Source: Ginglymostoma cirratum | Lineage: Eukaryota | NCBI GenBank assembly: GCA_024137785.1 | Contig: JAHRHZ010000075.1 | Span: forward strand, 4,857,005-4,889,067 | Reading direction: 5' to 3' | DNA length: 32,063 bases | Shown: positions 23,690-32,063 of the stretch, piece after piece | Layout: each line of letters begins with the position of its first letter | How positions within the stretch are numbered: the stretch's first letter is position 1 | Notes under the pieces: model-generated | Seen by the model: only the letters and a program-made list of their open reading frames with translations | What the model was told of the DNA's origin: nothing | The model's database searches: none | Translations under genes and position numbers: made by a program

Positions 23690-25410
23690 CAGTAGGTGTT
23701 TGTTTTATAAATTCATTGAGTATTAGAGCCAAATTGAATGATTAAAGGCACAAACCCAACTTGGCAGGTATAGTGTTGTAGCCATTACTCAAACCTGGCT
23801 ACCAGGCAGTGAGACCCAGAGCCGTAATATACCACAATTTTGAGGTCTACAGGAAAGATGGAATATATGGTGGCGGGGGAGGAACATCCTTGTGGATTAA
23901 GGTTTAAATCTCTTCGACAGTAGGACCGGATATCCTAAGACGTTACCAGGCAGTGGTTATGGACCAGGTGATGAAATGGAAACGGATCAAAGACTTAAAG
24001 GAGTTGTGTAAAGAGTCCCTGACAGCAATTTCGATATGGCAGATCAGGACTTCTTGGATTTGGGATTCTGGATCCCAAAAGGGTTTGTGTGTCAAAGTTT
24101 GGGATCACAAGATCTGAGACAGTAATGCCTACCATGCAGTTCGTATCAAGTTATAATGGATGTGCTCCTGCTCTAACAGGCTAACATACTGTGAATTCTC
24201 ACTGATACTTCAGGACAATTTTCAAGTGTCTAAATGGGGAAAATGTTTGAGGAGCATTTTGGTAGATTGTATAACTGCAGTGATTGAACAAGCATGCAGT
24301 AGAAACAGAAGGGTTACCAACGGGGTCTGAACTTTCATATGTTAGACAGATGGTGGATGTTTGAGTGTCCACTGCAGTTTGCTGAAGCAGGATTTCCTAC
24401 AACAATGAGGACTTGCCACTTTAGTTAAATTAATGAATAGCAACTTAATGCAAATATTTATTCAGTAGCAGTCTTAACATCGTTGAGTGTAATACAGTGT
24501 TTGAGGAGATAAACTTGAAACTGCTGCCAAGATTCCAGATTTGAGCATGGCTGACTTTGGAGCAATATAGAGAAGATCCACAGAAAGCGTGGGAGAAGAC
24601 CTATTAGTGATGTCGCAAAAAAATTCGATGTAATATAGAAACAGTTTTTATATTGGTAAGCAATAAGAACTTTATTTGCTAGAAAAGGTATTATGGAGAA
24701 TTAAAGATATAAAAGACAACTCAAAATAGAAGAAAAGAAAGCATCAGCTCCATGTGAATGGCAAATATAACAATAATAGCAAAAGGTAAAAAACAAAAGT
24801 GAGATGTTCAAAATGGGAGTACTAAAAGAATATGGGGTAAAAAGTCAACTTCTAACAATTACATTTGCAAAAAGAGCATGGTCAGAAGCAGCATGGGTTC
24901 CTTAACATGGTGACAGTGTCATTGAAAAGAAGGAAACTGGGCATTTTGAATGGTTATTTTGCATGAGTTTTCATTGTGTACTGGAAGAGTTCAGTATGTT
25001 AGGCATCAAAGGATATTAACATTGAATCAGCATCAGGAACTCACTTAAATTAACAAAAGCCAAATAACAATAATTAAGGAAATAATGGACCAACGAATGA
25101 CAAATGTCCATCACCAGATGTTTTCCATCCCACGGTTTTTAAAGGAAGTGGGTGAGAGCATTATAAATTCCTTAACTATAATTTTCCGAAATACTCTTTA
25201 TTAGGGAATCGGACTTTTACAGAATGGAAAATTGCACAAGCTGCTCCACAGTTTAAGATGATAGAATATTAACTGCTCTATAACTCACCTTTCTGTTGTT
25301 GGAAAATTACTGCTCTATAATTATTAGTATGGTGACTGAACATCTTGAAGACTTTCAGCTGGTTAGAGAGAGCCAGAATCCATTTGTAAACGATCGGTCA
25401 ATCCTCATGA
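23690..25410 (+). mobile_element. CR1 LINE ORF2 fossil, AP-endonuclease domain through the start of RT
   Basis: VAITQTWL at about 23778 and EVYRKDGIYGGGGGTSLWIK at about 23843 match the APE motifs AITETWL and RKDR..GGGVAL. KCPSPDVFHP (kspGPDg.hP-like) at about 25102; WKIAQAAPQFK at about 25225. Confidence 0.85.
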
Positions 25411-25419
25411 ATCATTCTT

Positions 25420-26885
25420 TTTGAATCATCCCAACTTCTATAATCTATCTTCATAACTGTTTTTCATCCCTGGAAACATTTTCAGCATAATCTGGTTTCT
25501 GTTGTACGTGCTTCCCCTGTTAATAGTCAACAGTTAATACAGTTAGTGCTCTATTTAACCTGCCATCTTTAGTGACATGCATTCATACAGAGCCATGCTT
25601 TTCTGATTTTGGTCATTGTTTAGGGAAATTCCCTTTATTTGATTCTTTATCTTTTCTGCCAAAATGTACACCTTACATTTCTCTGCATCATACTTCATTT
25701 GCCATCTATCTGATCTCTCTGCCAATTTGTTGATGTCCTTTTTGAAGTTCTACATTGTTCTTATCACTAGTTACAATTCTTCCAAGTTTTGTGTCATTCA
25801 TACACTTTGAAATTGTCCCTTTCACACCAAGCTCCAGCATTGGCCCATAACCTTGCATGCCTTGGCATCATAAGTGTATATCTAAATCCTTCTTAAATGT
25901 CATGAGAATTTCTGCCTCTACAACTCTTACAGGCAATGAGTTCCTGATTCCCACCACCCTCGAGGTGAAAAAAATTTTTCTTCACATCCCCTCTAAACCT
26001 TCTGCCTGGCCCTTAAATCTATTCCCCTTTGTTATGGTCCCTCCATCAAGGGGAAAAGTTTCTTCCTGTCTACACTACCTGTGCTCCTCATAATTTTATA
26101 CATCTCAATCATTAGCTCCCTCAACCTCCTCTGCTCAAGGAAGACAATCTTAGCCTGTCCAATCTTTCTTGATAACTGAAACTCTCCAGCCCAGGCAACA
26201 TCCTGGTAAATCTACCCGCCCCCGCTATAACATACCTGCTATAACGTGGATTCCAGAACTACACGCAATACTCTAGCTGTGGCCAAAACAACATTCCATA
26301 CAGTTCCAACATAATCTCCCTGATCTTAAACTCAGTACATCAGCTATAAAGGCAAGTATACCGGATGCCGCCTTAACTGCTTTATGCAACTGCCCTGATA
26401 TCTTAAGGGACTGATGTAAGTACGCATCACAGCTGTTCCTATTTAACCCACATTTTTCCTTGTGACTACTAATTGTATCCCCAGTTATTGGTTCTAGTAA
26501 CTTCCCTGAGATTCAAGTTAAGCTGACTGGGCTGTAATTCCTGGGCTTATCCTTATGACCTTTTTGAACAAGGATATTATATTTCCAAATCCCCAGTCCT
26601 CTGGCTCCTCCTCAGAATTTAGCGAAGATTGAAAGTCTATCATCGGTTACTCTGCGTCTTCCACTCTCACTGCCTTTAGCAACCTTGAATGCATTTTGTG
26701 CAGTCCCAGTGTCTTATCAACTTTAGGTATCTCCTTATCAATACTAATCCCTTCAGGTGACTGAGTTGCCTCCTTGGTCACCATGGCCTGGGCATGTCAG
26801 TTAATGGTTCTTTTTTCAAATTCCCGCTTTGCTAATCTTAATTTCATTTTCACCTGATTACTGAATCCTCTCCATTCAGCTTCTC

Positions 26886-26926
<41 letters not shown>

Positions 26927-27170
26927 TTCTTCCAAAGAGCTCTGAATTTGTTTGCCCTACCTTTTCCCTTTTGAAGGAATAAACACCAACTGTGCCCAAA
27001 CCATTGCTTTTGAAGGCATCCCATTGTTCACTCACAGGTTTCCCTGATCCTTTGGTTCCAGTCTATCCAGCCCATCTCCGCTCCTGCCCCATTGCGGTCA
27101 GCTTTCTCCCAGTTAACTGATCTTACTCTGGGTTGTCCTTTTCCACTGCCATCCTAAACGTCGTGAGACA
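25420..27170 (-). mobile_element. Several decayed CR1 fragments on the minus strand, including a 3' end at about 25835-26420
   Basis: Reverse-complement CR1 blocks such as tccagcccaggcaacatcctggtaaatct, gattccagaactacacgcaatactctagctgtggcc and gttaagctgactgggctgtaattcc (NYSPVSLT). Confidence 0.85.
26883..26926. repeat. (CTGT)n/(CT)n microsatellite within a CR1 fragment
   Basis: Read directly from the sequence. Confidence 0.93.
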
Positions 27171-27184
27171 ATATCGTGCATTAA

Positions 27185-27990
27185 AACATCAAGAAGAGAT
27201 ACAGAAAATAGTCAAAAAGCTTATGAAATATTGGCCTCTACGTAGCTCCAGGATTAGAATACAAGGAGTTGGAAGTAATGCTTCAGCTATGTAAAACCGT
27301 TGTTAGCCCACATCTGGAATACTGTGAGCACTTCTGTAGCTGGGCCACTTGGGAAAAATTCTACAGGCTATTTTACAACGATATGAAAGAGTAGAAAAGA
27401 TCTTTATTTGAAGGCAAGCGTGAAAGGTGACCAGGAGTAACATTCTAACATTCACACCACACAAGTGCTCACAGAACCAGACCTGGGAAAGATGGATTGA
27501 CCTCTGATCAAATGCATTGTAGATCGAGCCAAATAATACTTGGAGTTCAAGGATTCAATTATGAGAAGAGATTGTACCAACTAGAGTTGCATCCCCTGGA
27601 ATTTATAAAATAAAGGATTGATTTCACTTTTTTAAGGTATTGAAGGGAATGAATAGGGTTGGTAACAGTGGAACTATTTTTGTTAATGGAATCTCCAGGT
27701 GTAGGTGGCAAAATAAAATAAAATTGTAGCCAGATCTCTTAAGAGTGAATTTGGAAACAAAAATTACATGCAAAGAGTGGGAAAATTTGGAACTCTGCTC
27801 CATAAATTCCATTGGAGCCGAGATCAATTATGGAATTTAGAAGCCAGGTTGACAGATTTTGTTAACCAAATATACTAAGGAATGTGAGGCAAAGGAAAAT
27901 ATATGGATTTATATCTTTATATTTGACATGATCACATTGAACAACAAAGCAGGCTCAAAGGGCTAACTGGTTTAATTTAGTTCCATATTC
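27185..27990 (+). mobile_element. CR1 3' fragment interrupted by a roughly 130-bp local duplication
   Basis: gttagcccacatctggaatactgtg (VRPHLEYC-like) at about 27302; CR1-like sequence resumes at about 27475; tail aaagcaggctcaaagggctaactggtttaatttagttcc. Confidence 0.8.
27337..27466 (+). repeat. 130-bp direct repeat of 28167-28296
   Basis: Ungapped alignment at a constant 830-bp offset; both copies contain caggagtaacattctaacattca.accacacaagt. Confidence 0.92.
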
Positions 27991-27994
27991 CTCT

Positions 27995-28240
27995 GCACTT
28001 ATGGAGCACCTTTTGTAACTTTGGACAACTCAATGTGTTTATGACATTTAGTCGCTGGTGCTGTCTAGGAAATACAGAAGTTGATTTTCATACAGCAAGG
28101 TCCCACAAGCAAAAATAAGATGATAATCAGAAAATCTGTTGAGATGTTCATTTAAAAACTAAATTTTAGCTAGGCCTTTTGAGAAAATTTCTACAGGCAA
28201 TTTTACATCTATATGACAGAGTAGAACAGATCTGTATTTG
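27995..28240 (-). mobile_element. Deu-domain (SacSINE1/AmnSINE-like) SINE remnant
   Basis: taggaaatac...acagcaaggtcccacaagcaaaaataagatgataatcagaaaatctgttgagatgtt resembles the reverse complement of the Deu core as I recall it; not database-checked. Confidence 0.5.
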
Positions 28241-29035
28241 AGGGCAAGGGTGATAAATGAACAGGAGTAACATTCTAACATTCATACCACACAAGTCCCA
28301 TCAGAGACCATCTCACACAAGCAGAAATCTAACTATTGCCCCTTGATGTTCAACAACATTACAATTGCTGACTTCCCTACTACAAACTTTCTGGTGGTTA
28401 CCATTGACCAGAAACTGAACTGGACTAATCCTATAAATACTGTGGCTACAAGAATAGCTCAGGCTAGGAATTCTGTGGTGAGTAACTCACCTCTTGTCTT
28501 CCCCCAATGCTGGACCACTTTTTTTTGAGTCGGATGAGTGGTGGAATGCTCTCAGTTTGCTTGGATGAGTCGAGCTCTAACAATACTCAAGAACCTTGAC
28601 ACCATTCAGGACAAAGCAGTCCACCTGATTAGCACTCCATCCATTTTAATTCACTCCCTTCACTAGTGGCGCACAGTGGTAACAGGGTATATGATCTATT
28701 GCATGCACTGAAGTCACTCAACAAGCCTCTTTTTCGGCGTCTTCCAAACCTGTGACCTCTCTCATATGGAAGGACAAGGTTGGTAGATGCATGGGATCAC
28801 CATCCCCTGCAAGACCCCCTCCAACACACAAACCTTACTAACTTGGAACTATGTCACAGTTCCTTCACTGCCACTGGATCAAAATCCTGGAGCCCCCTTC
28901 CTCACAGCACTGCTAGTGTTCATATACCTCAAGCACTGCAGCAATTTGTGAAGGCAGTTCAGCACCAGCTACTCTGAGGCAATAAGGGATGATGAATAAA
29001 AGCTTGCCTAGCCAGTGATGTCCACATTCATGAAT
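28241..29035 (+). mobile_element. 5'-truncated CR1/L2-group LINE, C-terminal ORF2 plus 3' UTR
   Basis: ORF remnants NFLVVTIDQKLNWTNPINTVATR, LKNLDTIQDKAVHLI and SFTATGSKSWSPLPHS; AATAAA at 28995-29000 near the 3' end. Confidence 0.85.
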
Positions 29036-29479
29036 ATTTGTTTTTGTAAAAACTAACACTCAAATTAAGAAATGCGGCAGAGCATTTGATGACCATAAGT
29101 TTTCAGAGGAGAGTGTACAGGAAGCCAGCCAGGGTGCACTGTAATAGTTAGGTCAATGAGCAACTGAGGGACAAAGCGTTTCAACAGCCATTACTTACTG
29201 CTGGAATTCTAGAAATGCAGCATTATGTTTGTCATTGACTTGTACACATATATTTATAAAATATTTCAGCGGTTTAACACATTCCTTTTATTAATTTTGA
29301 ATGGCTTTCCTCTTAGAAACTTCTCAAAGATTTTTGTGACATTTGCAATGTTTTTGGAATGGCAAGAATCTGTTTTTCTGGTTGAAAATTATGCTTTTCT
29401 GGCAAGATGATATCATCAATATTCATTTCAGAATTATGCACTTAATTCCCCTGAGCTTTTTTTTTTATTTTGTGTTTGT

Positions 29480-30750
29480 TGACTGTTTTCTTCCATCCCT
29501 TCTCACCATCTCCTGAAAATATTGCTACCTGCTGGGAGTATAATTGCCTGGGTACCATTCCGTAGACAAGGCATGGTGGAAACTCTTGATCGTAGAGCTT
29601 TGCAGACTATCTCAATTCCAAGCTTACATCTGGGGTCTTGCATCGTAATAATTTTCCTCCTCCCCAAGCCAGTGATATTCAGCAGTTGTACAATTCCAAG
29701 GGCTCCAGTCAGTCCAAAGTTAATCACAGTTTAGAAAAGCTCTTGTTCAGTCAGTTTTATTTCAGTTATCCAGGAAGATCTACCTTCTCCCTCTTTGCAA
29801 TGTTTAATTATTACTTTAATTAATCCAGCAGCTCTGTCTTCACTGCATGTCTGTTCCTTTCTCTGTAGTATGAGGCCTATTTTTTTCCAATGAAGTTTTC
29901 CTACACTTAGCAATTTGTTTTGAAGTTGTTCTGCACTTGCCTTTCTGTATTCTGCACAATCATCTATGAACTCAGGTTTAGACAGTTCCATCGAGGTTGA
30001 AAAGCTTAAATCTTTTAAATATTTTCTCAGCCTTTTGACACTTGGAAGTCAGTTATGTAACTCTTTACCTTCTAAAGTCCTCGAACAGTGCCTCAGTGAT
30101 CAGAATTGATGCGATCTAACTAGAGGGCCACATAGCTACCAAAGAACTTTCTTTGACCTAAAGATTGCTGCTTTAGCTCAGTTTAGCGTCACATTGACTT
30201 TGAATGTTGCTCTGCTTTAATCTGATTAGCATCTTATCCTTGAAAACTGTATTTTAACTTAATCATTGAATACTTTACCCCAATCTGTGGAGTATACATG
30301 TTGCAAATTTTTCTTTGTGTTCATCATTTTTCATTTGTCTGCATTCAAGTTAATTTGTGAATGTTCGACTTGCTTATTATAAATTTTTGTTAAATGCTCT
30401 TTACAATTTCAGAGCTACCTCCATTTCCCCCTATTCTTACATATTATCTACGTGTTTGATCAATCAAAGTCAATGATCTAAATTAAAACAGTGGTCCCAC
30501 TGGGGTTGACCAGTTAATTTATATCACTCTACCCTGACCTAACTCCTCAAACAAATATCTAAAGATTTTGTTTCAAATCTTGGATAAATTTCTTGTTTGT
30601 ATCAATTCTCAATTTTAAACCCTGAAATGTTGGAACTTAAGCAATGATCTTTTGTCTGGAAATTTTGTTAACTATCTCTTGGAATTTTAAATGTGATATA
30701 TGTCTTGCCACAGTCTCTTCACTTCCTCAATGCAACTTTAACATTCTTCA
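29480..30750 (-). mobile_element. Highly decayed CR1-like LINE remnant
   Basis: Minus strand near 29970-30080 (aaagagttacataactgacttccaagtgtcaaaaggctgagaaaatatttaaaagatttaagcttttcaacctcga) resembles the CR1 RATKLIP...LK.L.LFSLE region; boundaries uncertain. Confidence 0.4.
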
Positions 30751-31780
30751 GTTCTTGTGTTTGTGCAGTGGTGTTAAATAGAGAGTTTTAAGGTAGTAAC
30801 CTCTCAGTGAAGAAAAAATTGTGCTAAATTTCCAAGTCTGAATTGTACCAGGCTTGAAAATAATGTTTTTTAGCATTAGTACACTTGACCACTCTACTGC
30901 CAAGCAAAATGAGTTTGCTAGGTCCTGTTGAAGTAAGCTTAGTGAATTTTGTCCATTGTGTAAAGAGTATATATGACATACAGTGTGTTTTGAGTGTGGA
31001 GAGGTGGAGATTGAGCTCCATGGGCTAGAATGCTAAGCAAGAGCTGACTCTATATTAAGTAATATTGAAGTTTTCAAGTATTGTTGTGACAGCTCGCAGC
31101 AGGCAAGAGGTATTACATCCAATACTTGAAATTTCATCATAATTCTGATTGGTATAGAAAGTGATCTACCAGTAAATATCCAACGACTGTTTCCCATTTT
31201 GAGGGAAGCTATTGCTTTGACTGGTCAATCCAATTAAGGCAGTGGCCCGTAGTGAGCCAGGAGGATGTTTATGGTGAGCAATTTGGTTATGATGGTATTG
31301 TAGGTAACTGAGGTGATTGATAGTATACAAGTGCTAGGCAATGGTAACTGATGTTGTTTGCCACAAGTAACAATGCAAAGACACTACTTAGTTCAATGCA
31401 AACTTGTCAAAATTAAGGGCACTGTCTTGAGTCATTTTCTAGGGCCACAGTGACCACCTTAGTAAATGTGTATCAGGCATGACTCCGGCTGCAGAGGATG
31501 TTAGTCTGGTATCTCCTTGCATTGAACTGTTGTGTCTATGGCTATTTCATGCTTAAGTGTGAGGCTTGCTGCCCACGTCCTGTAGTAGAATTCAAATTCA
31601 CTGTGATTGTACCTATGTTTTATGGGGCCATGTGTAATATTAACTGATTGAATTGAGTGAGTGTAATCATGGCAGTCTGCTGCAAGAATTGTTTTTGAGA
31701 CAGCTCTTAATCTGAGACCTAAAGGTGTTGAGAAATCTGTATGGTCGCCTGAACTGCCATGACTGACTGACTTGGTTCTT

Positions 31781-31912
31781 ACATAGTAGGAACTGCCGAT
31801 GCTGGAGAACCTGAGATAACAAGGTGTAAAGCTGGATGAACGCAGCAGGCCAAGCAGCATCAGAGGAGCAGGAAAGCTGACGTTTCGGGTCTGGACCCTT
31901 CTTCAGACCCTT
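31781..31912 (-). mobile_element. Short Penelope-like pseudo-LTR insertion carrying a minimal hammerhead motif
   Basis: 10-bp TSD cttggttctt at 31771-31780 and 31913-31922. Minus strand reads tctgaagaagggtccagacccgaaacgtcagctttcctgctcctctgatgctgc; same layout as the 880-1040 element. Confidence 0.75.
31878..31907 (-). ncRNA. Minimal type I hammerhead ribozyme-like core (PLE type)
   Basis: CUGAAGA(A), helix II GGGU-ccag-ACCC, GAAA, CGUC. Helix III is replaced by the palindrome ACGU, as described for PLE hammerheads. Helix I is weak in this copy. Confidence 0.6.
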
Positions 31913-32063
31913 CTTGGTTCTTGTTTTGATCCAATGTCTTGGTCATTTCCAGTCAGGCAATTTGATATTCCCATTATTTGTTCTATATCTATTTGCATGT
32001 GGAGATGTATGTATATACAAATGTGAAACCTTTGTTTTGTCAAACTAGCAAGGATTATGCTAT

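Noticed and set aside
1-32063. CRISPR array, operon or prokaryotic defence system
   Set aside because: No regularly spaced repeat-spacer array and no dense coding; the architecture is spliceosomal exons plus vertebrate transposons.
21768-32063. Next RUNX1T1 exon (expected ANLPLLQRELLHCAR...)
   Set aside because: Not seen in the ORF track or by reading; presumably beyond the window end.

Overview
Eukaryotic (vertebrate) genomic DNA, not a prokaryotic locus. The repeat content (HE1/V-SINE-like and Deu-domain-like tRNA SINEs, dense CR1 LINE fossils, Penelope-type pseudo-LTR remnants) points to a shark or other elasmobranch; this is recognition from memory, not a database match. The window holds three + strand coding exons of RUNX1T1 (ETO/MTG8) at 2185-2322, 3113-3354 and 21678-21767. 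They splice in frame (phases 1/1/0/0) into the N-terminus and part of the TAFH/NHR1 domain. The first exon and the next exon (expected ANLPLLQRELL...) were not found in the window. The rest is intron: decayed CR1-group LINEs, SINEs, a probable PIF/Harbinger fossil with an internal 194-bp duplication, a Tigger-like MITE, microsatellites, and a repeat-poor candidate conserved non-coding block. The most interesting observations are: (i) two short insertions with clean 13-bp and 10-bp target-site duplications that carry Penelope-type minimal hammerhead-ribozyme motifs (one core intact, one decayed) and share a TTCTT target end; (ii) a 130-bp local copy of a SINE/LINE junction inserted into a neighbouring CR1; (iii) a strong unused splice acceptor at the start of the repeat-poor block. 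I found no convincing wholly new biological system. Repeat boundaries are by eye and approximate unless a TSD or TIR is given.
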